DNA of 64,000 nt from Lama guanicoe (Eukaryota). Shown piece by piece: positions 25,101 through 37,523 of the stretch. The first letter of the stretch is position 1, and every line of letters begins with the position of its first letter. The stretch is from contig MU053557.1 of the NCBI GenBank assembly GCA_013239625.1, forward strand, positions 1,371,063 to 1,435,062, in the 5' to 3' direction. Position numbers and translations under genes: made by a program. The notes under the pieces were generated by a model. It was not told where the DNA came from and did no database searches. It saw nothing but the letters and a program-made list of their open reading frames with translations.

Positions 25101-28100
25101 CACAGTTGTTCACAGTAGCCTCTTATAGCCTTTTGAATTTCTGTAGTATCAATTGTAATGTCTCCATTTTAAAATTTATTTATAATTTTGTTGGTTCAGG
25201 TCTTTTCTCTTTTCCTTGGTTAGTGTAGCTAAAAGTTTGTCAGTTTTATTTATCTCTTCAAAGAACCGACTCTTAGTTTGGTTACACTTTCCTGTTGTTT
25301 TTCTGTTCTTTGTTTCGTTTGTTTTTGCTCTGATCTTTTTTACTTCGTTTCTTCTGCTAACTTCGGGCTTTGTTTGTTCTTTTTCTAGTTCCTTAAGGCA
25401 CAGAGTTGCTTCTTCGGAATCTTTCTTGTTCTTAATGTAGGCATTTATTGCTATGAACTTGCCTCTTAAAACTGCTCTTGCTTCAACCCACAAGTTCTGG
25501 TGTGTAGTATTTTCATTTTAATGTCTCAGGACAGAAACTTTTTTATACCCCCTTTAATTTCTTCTTTGATCCATTGGTTGTTCAAGAAAGTGTTGATTAA
25601 TGTCCACGCGTTTGTGAATGTTCGTTTTCCTTGTGTATTGATTTCTAGTTTCATGTCATTGTGGTCAGAGAAGAAATTTGGTATGAGTTCAGTCTTCTTG
25701 GATTTGGTAACAGTTGTTCTGTGGTCTGTATATGGTGTGTTCTAGAAAACGTCCCATGCGTACTTGAAAAGTGTGTCTACTCCTTTGTTGTTGCACGGCA
25801 TGTTCTGTTTATGCCTGTTAGATCTACAGTGTTACTCAAATTTGTTCTTTATTGATTCTGTTTGGATGATACATACATTATTGAGAGTGGGGAATTAAGT
25901 CCCCAACTCTTACTATTTTACTGTTAATCTCTCTTTTGAGCTTTGTTAGTTTCTGTTTTATATATTTAGGTGCTCCAGTGCCAGGCGTAGAAATATTTAC
26001 ACTTTGTTTTTTAAATCCATTCAGTCATTCTATATCTTTAAATTTTATTTGTTCATTTCTTTAAATTAATTAAATCTGTTTACATTTAAAGTAATTATTG
26101 ATAGGTAGGGGCCTACTGTTGCCATTTTGTTCATTGTTTTCTGGCTGTTCTCTAGATTTATCATTTCTTATTTCGTATCCTGTTGTCTTTTTTGGTGGGT
26201 TTTGACGTCTTCTGGTATCAGTGTGCTTTGACTTCTTTACCATGATCTTTTGTGTAATTAATAGAAGATTTTCCCTTGTTACCATGAGGCTTACGTAAAA
26301 TATCTTAAACTTATAATACCCTATTTTAAACTGATAACAACTTCAATATAATTCATAAACTTTACAGTTTTACTTTTCTTCTCCCTCACATTTTAGGTTA
26401 TTTTTGTTATAATGCACATTTTTTTAATATTATGTAACTAATAACAGATTATTGTAGTCATGGTTATTTTTACTACTATTTTTTAGTTTTCAAACTAAAA
26501 TTATGTGTGAATTATGCACCACTGTTACCATATAGTAGAATCTAACTATGACTATACATTGATCATTACCAGTGAGATTTACAGCTACCTTCTTATGTTT
26601 TATGATGTTAGTTAGCATTCTGTTACTTCTACTCAAAGAACTTGCTTTAGTATTTCTTATAAGGCAGGTATGGTGATAATGTGATCCCTCAGCTTTTGTT
26701 GGTTTGAGAAAGTCTTTATCCCTCCTTTGTCTCTGCAGAACAGCTTGAGTGTAGAATTCTTGGCTGAGACGTATTTTCTTCCACTGTTTTAAATATGTCA
26801 TCCCGTTCTCCCCTGCCCTAAAGGTGTTTTTGTTGAGAAGCCTACGGATAGCCTTACGGAAGTTCCCTTGTAGGTATTTCTTCTTTTTTCTGTTGCTGCT
26901 CTTAAACCTCTTTCTTTGTCTTTGACTTTTGACAGTTTAATTATAATGTGTCTCAGGGTGGCCCTATTCGGGTTCAACCTATTTGGGGTCCTATGGACCT
27001 CAGAGATCTGGATGTTTTGTTTCTCTCCCCAGTTTCCGTAAGTTTTCAGCCATTATTGCTTTAAATATACTTTCTGTCCATTTTTTTTTCTCTTCTCCTT
27101 CTGGAATTTTCGTAATGTGAATATTGTTTATATTAATGGTGTCCTATAATTCACATATAGACTTTCTCTACTCTTTATAATTAATTAATTAATTTTTTGC
27201 TCTTTTGACTGTATGATTTCCAATGTCTTATCCTCCAGGTTACTGATTCTGTCTTTTGCATTGTCAAATCTACTTTTGAAACTGCTGATTGAATTTTCAG
27301 TTCAATTATTATCTTTTTCAGTGCTAGGAATTCTGTTAATTTACTTTTTGTTTGTGGTTGCTATTTTCTTATTAAATGCCTCATTTTGTCCATGCATTAT
27401 TTTCCTAATTTTGTGTAGTTGTCTGTGTTTTCTTGTAGGTCACGAAACTTGCTAAAGATGATTACTCTGATTTCTTTGTCAGACAGTTCACAAATCTGCA
27501 TTTCTTTAGGGTCAGTTATTAAAGCTTTTATTAGTTTCCTTTGGTGGCATCATATTCACCTGATTTTTTGTGATCCTTGCCTGCTTATACATGTATCTAC
27601 ATGTGAGTATTCAGGATCCTCTCTCATACTTCACAGGTTTGCTTTGGCAGAGATAGTTCATCACCAACAAGTTCAGGTTGGGTTTTGGGTGTGTCTGCTG
27701 GTAATGTCCTTGGGCAGGTGGGGCCTGCTTTGATGGTTTATTTTTGGGTAAGGCAACTGTTTAAGCTCTGAGGTTGGGGGTAGGGGTAGGGGGCACCACT
27801 GGCTGACAATAGTTGAATAGGACAGCTGGGTTGATTCCCTACCCAAGTGAAGATATAAGATGGGCTCCACAGTTTCCTGAATTCTCCAGTCAGGCTTACT
27901 AGATGGCCAGAGCTGGGTACTAAATTAAGTAGTAAATGGGGCTATGAATTAGCTCTCCTTCCCTGGCAGGGCAGCAAGACAGGACCCAGGCACATACATC
28001 TCATTGTCTGGGGGCCTGAACCAGTCCAGAGTGTGCACTTAATTCCCTGGTCAAGTGAGGCCACCACTTTTGCTATGAAGATGGAAGTAGCCATGAACTG

Positions 28101-29248
28101 TAATCTCTGTTCAAGTGCCGCTGTACAGAGGGCTGCTGAATGGGTGATGGAGCTTTCTGTATGCTCTGGTTAGGTTCCCTGGGTGGACAGGCTAAAGGCT
28201 GTACTCAGCAATGAGTGGGACTACAAATAACATTCCTTACCTGGATGCAGGGGGAGAAATAGCTCTAAAGCTAGTAAAGCTCTTTGTTTTCTTCCCGCAA
28301 GCCAGCCCACATCCCCAGTTCCCTAACCAAGCAGGACCACTGGCTCTGGTATGCAAATGCTTAGCTCTGCCTTCCCACCTGGAGGCTCATGTCCCTCTGG
28401 ATGACTGCTTCCAGGAGCTGTCACCAGCCCTTCAGGTCAGATGAAGCCACAGTAGGGCTATGTTTCAGCTCTCTTGCCTGGGTAGGAGTGGGAGGGAACA
28501 CTCCAGACTGCCCTCAGTTTCCCAGGTAAGTTCTCTGATTGGGAGGGGCTGGGAGCTACCCTCAGCCTTGGCTAGGAATTAATCCCATTGCCTGTGTATA
28601 GCGCCAGAACACTCCGTACCTGGTAATGGCTTTGCTCTGGGGGTGATCAGCTCTGCCCATTTACTCTCAGCCCAAGTGCCACTGGGCTGCACTGCTTCCA
28701 GGAGTTGTCACCATCCCTTCTGGTTGTATGGGGCCAGAAGATACTCTCCACAGTGGATGGGTCTATGATTCAGCTCCTTGCCTTGGGCAAACTAGGCTCT
28801 AGGGCTGACAAAACTTGTTTGAGGAGCTGAATCAGGCAGATCTGCACACAGCTGAGTTTCCTGGTCAGAATGTGTCCCAGACTTTGATCTGTCGATGAGC
28901 AAAGTCGCTGGTTGGCATTACTACTTGGGTTCTGGAGGAATGAACTTGGTCTGCCAATATCTACGTGCTGGTTGTTCAAGCTTTGCTCCTTCACAGCCGT
29001 ATTGTAGATGCCCCTGCAATCCTTGTGGTACAGGATCAGAATAGGGCCTTTCACAAAGCAACCCACAATGCCTAGGTTGGGGGTGGGGGGGCTAGTTTTT
29101 CTCTCAAGTTCTCTTTTCCCACTAGAGAAACCAGAGGCTGAGGGAAGAACTCTCCACGTGGTGCTGGGCTGGTCTAGGGGAGAGGCAGCATAGTCAGCTT
29201 GTAGCCTCTTCTCCTTACCCTTCTCTTGGTCTCTGTGGTATAGGGGAT
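22170..29248 (-). mobile_element. Near-full-length (about 7 kb) decayed laurasiatherian L1 with 5' UTR, ORF1, ORF2 and 3' UTR
   Basis: 3' UTR at about 22170-22650; ORF2 pieces 24367-24582 ([30 protein letters not shown]) and 25176-25493 (AVLRGKFIAINAYIK); ORF1 at about 26600-27500; GC-richer 5' UTR at about 27650-29248; many stops and frameshifts. Confidence 0.95.
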
Positions 29249-29249
29249 C

Positions 29250-29760
29250 TTTTTTTTTTTAATGGGTGCAATTTTATTAACTCCAGGTACATAATATAAC
29301 TGGTATTTCATATCTAAAGATAACAATCCAACAAGTTATAATTTCAGGTCATACGTACTATAATATAAGTAAATGAACTAGCTTGATAAAAGATACAAAA
29401 ATTTTTCATGGGTGTGGGAAGATGTGGTCATGAGACTTCATTGTAAGGGAAGATTTAGAATATATTAAAGATTTTTAAAACCTACAGATGACATTTAAAA
29501 ATGTACACTGTTAATTAAGTTCTTGCTTAGATAATCAGCATTTTATCTTCATTCATCAGAAGCCTGAAGTGTAGAGTAGCTTTCTTCTTACACCTGTCTC
29601 TGAGCTCTTTAATATTTTCCAAGAGATCCTCAGACATGTATTCTTCATATTCTCTATCAGCTTTAGCAGTCTGTTCCTCAAGATGTTTTTCTGCAGATCT
29701 TGCGTGTGTAGCAACCATCTCTAAGAGATGCTGCAAATCATTTCCCACTTTTTCATCTTT
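29250..29760 (-). pseudogene. NDC80: 5'-truncated processed pseudogene of kinetochore protein NDC80 (HEC1): C-terminal about 70 codons, 3' UTR and poly(A)
   Basis: Minus-strand translation [60 protein letters not shown] matches the recalled NDC80 C-terminus ([66 protein letters not shown]). Frameshift just before the ancestral TGA (29549-29551); AATAAA at 29273-29278; A11 tail at 29250-29260. Confidence 0.88.
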
Positions 29761-31696
29761 AGTATGGTGTCTCTTAGCTCTTGAACTTCTCCAAGATACA
29801 TACACATTCACCCCTAACCTTTTTTTATCATATCAACAATCTCCTTTATGACTTCATTAATTGGATCTGTCATAAATGCTGTGAAGTCATGTACAACATA
29901 TAGACACAGTTTTCTCCAGGAGGAATTTATTGTTTTGAGGCTTGATGGATATCATGGAATTTTCTATTGGCAATGGCATCTCCACTGGTATAATCCTTCC
30001 AGACTTTCATAATGTTCTCTCTGTCGGGGTTCTCTTCCATGTTGATAATCCTTTCCATAGAGTATATGGGTATAATGAGCCTTAAAAATCCTTATGACCC
30101 CTGATCTAGAGGCTGAAGTGGAGACATTGTGTTCAGCAGCAAATATACCATGTCATTGCCTTCATTGTTCAACTTGTGGGGTTCTGGGTGGCCAGGAGCA
30201 TTGTCCAATATCAAAAGAACTTTAAAAGGCAGTTCCTTACTTCCTGACTTCAGGGGAAAATTATCAATGGAACCAATCTAGAGAAAGGGTTCTCATTATC
30301 CAAGCCTTCATATTGTGCAACCAAAACGTTGGCAACTGGTATGTTACCTTTTTCCTTCAAGGCTCAGGGTTAAACAGCTTTGAAGATAAAGGCAACTGTG
30401 ATCATGAACCTGACTACATTTAGACAAAACAGTAGAGTTAACCTGTTCTTTCCTGCCTAAAATCCTGGTGCTTGCTTCTCTTCCTTACTAATAAATGTCC
30501 TTTGTGGCATTTTTTTTTTCCCAGTATGGGGCACTTTGGTCTGTCTTAAAGAACCTATTCAGGCAGATGACCTTTCTCTTCAGTGATTTTCTTAGTAGCA
30601 TCTGGGAACTCATCTGTAGCTTCTTGGTCAGCAGAAGCTGCTGCTTCCATTATTTTGACATTTTTTAAGCCAAACCTCTATCTAAAATTACCAAACCATT
30701 CTTTGCTGGAACTAAATTCTCCTGCTTTATCTTACACCTTCTTTTTGCTTTAAGTTGTCATATAATGACTTTGCTTTTTCTCAAATCATATTAGAATCTA
30801 TACGTATGTGTTTCTAAAAGGAATCCTGCACCAACATTTTCAATAAAAGATTAAAAAAAGATATTTTGCAAAATATACAAGGTTTTCATGCCTGCTAATG
30901 TAGCTGCAGTGATGGCGTCACAAATTTCCTTTCCTTTTTTCACTATGGTTTTTAAGCTGGATTCATTTATCTTGAAATGACGGGCAACTGAAGGCGCAGA
31001 CCTCAATCTATGGTACATATCAAGGAATCAACTTTTTCTTGTAATGTCACGACTTTTCTCTGTGTCTTGGGAGCACTTGCAGCATCCATTAGTGGCACTT
31101 TGTATTGGTCCTGTGGTGTTATTCAAGGTTTAAGGTATTGCACTAAAGATGATGAAAAATACAAGAGAATCATGAGAGATCACTCCTTACTGTGATACAC
31201 AGTTTACTGGAGAGATGAACTGCTCACTTGGAGATGATTAGCATTACCCAGTGTTTTAAGTGGATACTTAGAACATTTGATCTTGCCACAACAGCAACCG
31301 GAGGTGGCTACGAAATTATTACAGGAGTACAGTATGTACTACAGTTGATTTTATGCAGTTATGATTTAATGCTGCATCTTTACATTTGTTCACATCTTTA
31401 GACTGTGAATAGCACCGTGTATGATCTGTGTTTGTGTGCATAGGTTTGATAAACTTTAACTTTTTATGAGAGTTTTGTGTATGTTTTACAGTAGTAAATG
31501 ATAAAGTAGTATCCATATATTTTATGCATTCATGACATACCTAAATTACTTTTCCCATACTTCTAGACCATAGTTTTTTTTTCAATTTTCTCAAACTATC
31601 ACAGATCTTCCCAGAAATTTCCGATATATTTATTGAAAAATATCCACATATGGGTGGACCCATGCAGTTCAAACCATGTTATTCAAGGGTCATCTG
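29761..31696 (-). mobile_element. Tigger2 (TcMar-Tigger/pogo) DNA transposon, 3'-truncated, with decayed transposase
   Basis: Terminus CAGATGACCCTTGAATAACATGGTTTGAACTGCATGGGTCCAC with flanking TA at 31697. Transposase remnants include RKVVTLQEKV..MYHRLRSA..VARHFKINESS and [34 protein letters not shown]. Confidence 0.92.
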
Positions 31697-31969
31697 TATT
31701 CTTGATTATGAGTTTCAGTCCTTCCAACATTTAAGTGTTAAATCTCCTTCCCTTTATTAAGTGGTCATAATAGAATATATATTTTAATATTTTACTTGCA
31801 GAATTAAAAAGTAATAGCCCAATACAGGTATTCAATATTTTATTTTTATTATACAGCACTTAAAATTCGAGTAATGCTATCAAGCATTCCTTAACACAAG
31901 GTATAGAATTAGAGGAACTAAGATTATTTAGTTGTAAGAAACAAAAACTTGAGTTTTGAAGGAATTCAT

Positions 31970-32583
31970 GGGTTTGCTAGCTGGTCTCCAATGACACTTG
32001 AAAGAACAACGTCTCCCACTCCTCATGCTCCTGTGCAGTTACCTTCCTTTAATCTGGGTTCATTCTGTGACTCATTGGTAACTAACAGAACTTGGCCAAC
32101 CCCGCGCTATTGGGTTTCTAAGGCAGGGTGAGAAGCAGCTTTACAGCTTTCAGCTTGTACTCTTGGGGCATCTGCTCTGAGGGAAGCCAGCCACCTTGTA
32201 AGAAGTCTGACCGTTCTGTGAACTGACTTGCAATGAGGAACCTGAACTAGCCATGGGACGGGCCACACGAAGAAAAAGAGCCAATTCCAGCCTGCCGAGG
32301 TCCCTGACGTGTGAGTAGAGAAACCAGCCAGGAGATGTAATATGGAGAAGAAATGAGGAATCTGGATCACAGCCAGAACTGACATATAAATTCCTCAAAC
32401 CATCTTTAGCTATTGCCGCCATGTAAGCTGACAGCCCAGTCACAGTGGAGCAGAAACTAGACGTGCACTCTGTGCCCTGCCCTACTTCCTAACTTAGAGA
32501 ACCGTAAGTTAAATAAAATTATTTTTATTTTATGCCACTGTACTCTGAAGTGGTTTGCTATGAGTCAACAGATGATCAGAACA
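31970..32583 (+). mobile_element. MaLR solo LTR (MLT1F/G-like), apparently nested in an older MaLR LTR (about 31920-32940)
   Basis: gggaagccagccaccttgtaagaagtc; 3' end aaataaaatt..gccactg..gtggtttgctatg..agatgatcagaaca. Confidence 0.75.
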
Positions 32584-33699
32584 AGTGTAATAACATAGAA
32601 TAGCTCTTACAATTAAAAGAAAAGCTTGAGAAGCAGGCTCTGAAAATAAAAGGAGCGGAGATCTCTGGAAACTTTAGTAACAGAAACCAGTGGAAACTCT
32701 CTTCTGGACCACCCTCACATACTACCGTTGTCAATCACTGAATTACTCTACTCAAGGTTAAACTCCAGGGAGAAACAATCTGATGGGAACAGCTTATGAA
32801 TTGTTTCCATTCCTTATATCCAGAGTGGATTCATCCCAGCTGAATCACTTGGGCTAAGAGTTAGGGAAGGATTCTTTGCTGAAGCAAAATCAAGAGCCTA
32901 CCAGTTAACGGAAAAATGCATTAGGGCCAAGAAAACAACAACCCACCCAAATAATTGCAAACATAAAAAGATCTTAATTACTACTTTTTTATTTGACCCC
33001 TTTGGCTTAGAGGTGGAGCATGCTTAAAGTCACTCAAAATGCAAAGTGGCAGCTTTCAAAGAGATTTGTATTTGAGCTAATTCCTAAATGTTAGCTCCTA
33101 AGGGAAAAAAAAGTAACATTTTATTGTCTGAAAGAACTTGAACTTAATCTGTGTCTAACGCTTAAGCAAAGAGAATTGCCCTCATGCAGTCTTTGGAGGA
33201 ATCCACCTGAGTTTCATTTGTCTGACCATTCACAGTGCAATCACATTCCACCACAGGATGCTTTGTGAGCTAACAGCTGATGAGTTTCACAGCAGAGGAG
33301 AGTACAAAGCAGTTCATCATCATTTGTTTTTGTAATTGCTTAGAGCCAAGTACCTTTCATTATGTTCATCGAACCCTCTATATCCATGCAGGGGAGGCCA
33401 CCATGAGCACAGTGGGCTGGGTTACGAGTCAAGAGAACAGCTTCCTTTTGCTTTGGGAAGAGAGACCCATGAGTTACAAAACTCCCTGTGATTACAGATA
33501 ATCTGCATGGATGGGTGGGGTCTTCTAGTTTAAAAGATTCTGCTGTGTGGGATTTTAAGGGACAAAGGAGATACATTGTACAAAATCTACTCTTTTCTTT
33601 TTCCAGAATTATACTTTCTAGATTAATTATACCTTTATCTACATGATCCCGTTTTTACATATTTTTCAAAGGAGGAAATATTCAAGCAACGTATTAACA

Positions 33700-34680
33700 C
33701 TGGATTTAAATGCAGTAAATATCTATAAGGTCTTTGTTAACTGCCAGGTGTGGTGCTAGGCACTGAGGTACAAAGAAGGACAAGACACGTGAGATGTCAG
33801 ACTTCATGGATGTTACATTCTATTGGGGGAAGCAAGCAACAAAGAATTTTAGATAGTGATAAATGCTAAAAGGGAAATAACGTAGCTTGTGAAAGAGATT
33901 ATGAGGTAGAAAGTGCCCAGGGAACTAAGGATCCACCTCTCTGAGTTGGTGACAATTTAGCTGAGATCTAAAGGATTAGACGAAGTGATTCAGAGGGAGA
34001 ACCTTGCAGGCAGATGACACCATGAGCATAGATAGCATCCCTGGGCAGAGGGCAAAGCTCAACCTACAAACTGATAGAAAGCTGGTATGTCTGCATCTGC
34101 ACAGGGACTAACCAGGCGTGGCTTGGCAGGCCATGCTAAGGGGTATGGACTTTATTCTGTTTGCATTCAGAGCCCATTAGAATGATTCAAGTGGGAGACG
34201 TGTTGTGGTTTGATTAACATATTTGAAAAATCACTAGCTCCTATGTAGAAGGTTAACTGAAGTAGTCAGACTGGAATCAGGAAGACCAGTGGAAAGATTA
34301 CTTAAGAAATACAGGTGATGTAGTGTTGGCTTAGACTAAGATGATGACAGCAGCAATGGAGAAGAGTCAACAAATAAAAGATGTATTTTGGAGGTAGAGT
34401 AAACATTGGAGGAAGGATGGAGAGTAGAAAAGTCAAAAGTATGGTCAGGACAGGATGGGGCAAGGATGACTTGCTGATTTTTATTTTAATGACCAGGTGG
34501 TTAGTAATTCTAACTGTTGGGTTGGGAAAGGTATGGAGGCCAATACTCTGCAGGGGAAAAAAAATCAAAAGGTTTGTGTTGGGCTAAACATGAGATAACT
34601 AAGAGACAGCCAGGTAGAGATGTCAAGAAGGAAGATGAATATATCAACCTTGAATTTGGATTTAAAGTGAAAATCTGCAG
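33700..34680 (-). mobile_element. L2 fragment
   Basis: tgccaggtgtggtgctaggcactg..gggtatggactttattctg..gatgtattttggaggtagag. Confidence 0.75.
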
Positions 34681-34734
34681 GAAGACCCCAAAGTCAGCAT
34701 GGAACTACTGTGAGGACAGCTGGCTGTACTGCCT

Positions 34735-35085
34735 GCTATGGCCTGAATGTTTGTGCCCCACAAAATGCCGATGTTGAAATCCTGACCCCCAGAGGTCATG
34801 GTATTAGAGGTGGGGCCTGTGGGAGGAGCTTAAGCATGAGAATGGATCCTTACGAATGGGATTAGTGTCTTAGAAAAGAGGACCCAGAGAGATTCTTCGC
34901 CTTTTTTAGCTGTGAGACCATATAAAGAAGAGTCTGAAACCAGACGAAAGCCCTCACCCAACCATACTAGCATCCTGATCTGAGACTTCCAGTGTCCAGA
35001 CCTGTGATACTTACATTTCTGCTGTTTGTAAGTTTAGAAGCTAAGTCGTCTGTGGTAGTTTGTAGGAGCAGCCCCAATGGACTGC
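34735..35085 (+). mobile_element. MLT1A-type MaLR solo LTR
   Basis: tgctatggcctgaatgtttgtgcccc..gaatgggattagtg..gacttccagtgtccaga..tctgtggtagtttgtaggagcagccc. Confidence 0.85.
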
Positions 35086-35099
35086 TGAGAGTCTCCAGG

Positions 35100-35270
35100 A
35101 CAGTTTTCCTTCAGCGTCATTTAGGGGCATCAGGATGACCTAGAGAGCATGATAAAAATGCCCACGCCTGAGTCCCACATGCTGGATCCGAATCTCCACA
35201 GCGGCCCCATGAATATGTACTTTTTACACCTCCTTCTAATGCCTTCCAAAGTTTGAAGACCTCTGCTCTG
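35100..35270. mobile_element. MER5-type hAT MITE (degenerate)
   Basis: cagttttccttcag..tgaatatgtactttttacacctcc..aaagtttgaagacctctgct. Confidence 0.55.
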
Positions 35271-35619
35271 AGGTAATTTTTTAGGAAATTCTAATTTCTT
35301 GACCCATCTTTTCTCCAAGTTAGAGCTATTTCCTTGAAATTGTTTATAAGTGATACAGCAGTGCTCCCATTTCCTGATTTGGTTCTCTCCTATCCGGAGA
35401 CAGGAGGAGAAGCCCAGCAGGCACTGGGAGTTCACTGCATCCTCTGGCTTTGTTCCACTGTCACTTTCCATTGTGAACAGAAGTGGCTGGAGGAGATAGA
35501 TAAGTTGTGAGTGTTATTTTTTTATTAAAATCCCCCCAGGCTAGCCAATGGTTAGAGTAACGAAAAGAAAAATTTCAATTTTTTGACTGAAAGGCGTGCA
35601 ACTTTGACTCCTAGACGAT

Positions 35620-35795
35620 TGGGAGTAGAAAAGACTTTGGAAACAGCCTACTGGGTAAGCTGGCAGGATCCTGGTTTCTGCATTTACTAACTGGGTGCCC
35701 TTGGGCAAGTTACTTCATGTTTCAAACCTGAGTTTACTACTCTGTAAATGAAGGAAATGGTAATACCTAGCTCACAGGGTTGTAAAGTAATAGAA
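35620..35795 (+). mobile_element. MIR SINE
   Basis: ccttgggcaagttactt..ctgagtttactactctgtaaatg..taatacctagctcacagggttgt. Confidence 0.7.
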
Positions 35796-37184
35796 CAAAG
35801 CTGATCCAAAACTACCCATAATCATAAAGCCATATAATTTTTGAGCCAGTAGGGACTATAAATGCCATCCAATATGCTCACACTGCAGATAAGGAAAGGA
35901 ATACTCACAGCTGGTTTGGTGGCAAATGAGAACTAGAAGCCAGGTTTTAAGGGATTCCATCACTATAGTTTGTTACGTCAAAAATTTGATTTTACTCCAT
36001 GTCCATTTCTTTGGGTAAACCATAGATCAGTTTGGAGAAGGACCCTTTGCTGATAAATTTAAAAGAATAAAATGTCCTTCCACGCTGCAAGAGAGCATAA
36101 ATGCTTTCAGAGGATTGCCTGGCTCTCTGCACTGAAGTTTTGCATGTGAATTGTTGGCCCATTGTGTGGTCAGGCTAAGTCCTCATTCAAGTTCGTTGTC
36201 TGGAAGCATTTTAGAACAAGTAGGGAAAACAGGCAGGTAAGCATAGGGTGATCAATTCAGAAAACCAGTGTCAGGTTCCACTGTGTGGGGACCATCAACC
36301 AAACACCTCTGATGCTCACAGACTTTGTGACGTCACAGGAAAAGCCAAGAACAGCAACTCTCTGAAACTGCAAATAACACCCGGGCTCTGCTCATAACTT
36401 GCTGCCTTATTTCTGCCTTGATATTTGGGGCCAGTTCTGTGCTTTGTTTCTCTTGAGGCCTTTTCCTCTTCTTTCTCATCTCTTTCTTTGGCTTTTGGTC
36501 AGGCTTGCTTATGAATCCTGGAGAAGTCCCATTTTGGGGACAGAATCTGTAAGAATGAAAATTGGTTTCTAAGGAGCCTCTGAACACTAGCCATGTAGTA
36601 ACTGTCACTGGAGTTGCCGTTCTCCTCTGATGGACTGCTTGTGCCTTATGTCCGACAGTAACGAGTTCCACTCATCAAACCGAGGAGCAAATGCTATTTC
36701 CCTCCCTCCCTCCTCCCTGACAAGGGGAGGGGTCCTAACCCTCAGCCTGGGTACTGACAGCACTGAATAGGAGCAGAATAACAAGGAAACCTGGAAGGTT
36801 AATTAAGGCGGTACCCAAGAATTGTTTTTAAATGAATTTAATTAACCTCTGATCTCTTAAAATTAGACTATGTTACAAATGGAATGAAGGCCGATTTTTT
36901 TTCTCCTTTTTTTTTAAACTTCATCTTAGAAAAGAGAAACTGAGCAAGTCTCTGGGTAAAATATAGTGGGGAGGGGGTTAATTACCACCTGGACTTTTTC
37001 AAATCTGCCTTTATTCCCTGTGTATCTCAGAATGGATGGTTTTCATTCTTGGAGGGAGAATTTGTAACATTAACATCTGGTGCTGTTGTCAATCCCCCAG
37101 GTTTCTGATAGCATACTCCCTAACCGAATGAATGTGCTGTGCACCCCTTGGCATGATTAGGGACAAGAAATACAGTGAAGAAAG

Positions 37185-37445
37185 GCGATGAGTACGGTTA
37201 AGAGAGTGATTCAGACTGTGCGAGTCCAAAATCAGCCCCTATTACTTCCTAGCAGTTTGGCCTTCAGCAAATTACTGAACTTCCTCTCTGTGACTCATTT
37301 TCTCCTCGCTATAAAATAGGGGGTTCCAAGAGCATGCAGCATAGGGGACTGTGAGAAGAATTAAAGGACATAATGCCATAATGCTTGTAAACTACTGAGT
37401 ACCAGACCTGGAATATGGTAAGATGTTAACAAATGCTTATTGCTT
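37185..37445 (+). mobile_element. MIR SINE
   Basis: gcaaattactgaacttcctctctgtgactcattttctc..tataaaatagg..cctggaatatggtaag. Confidence 0.7.
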
Positions 37446-37457
37446 GACAGGGTTGGG

Positions 37458-37523
37458 TTTTTTGTTGTTGCTTGTTTTTGTTTGTTTGTTTGTTTGTTTT
37501 GTTTTGTTTTGCTTTGTTTTGTT
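37458..37523. repeat. (TTTG)n/(TTTTG)n microsatellite
   Basis: tttgtttgtttgtttgttttgttttg. Confidence 0.9.
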
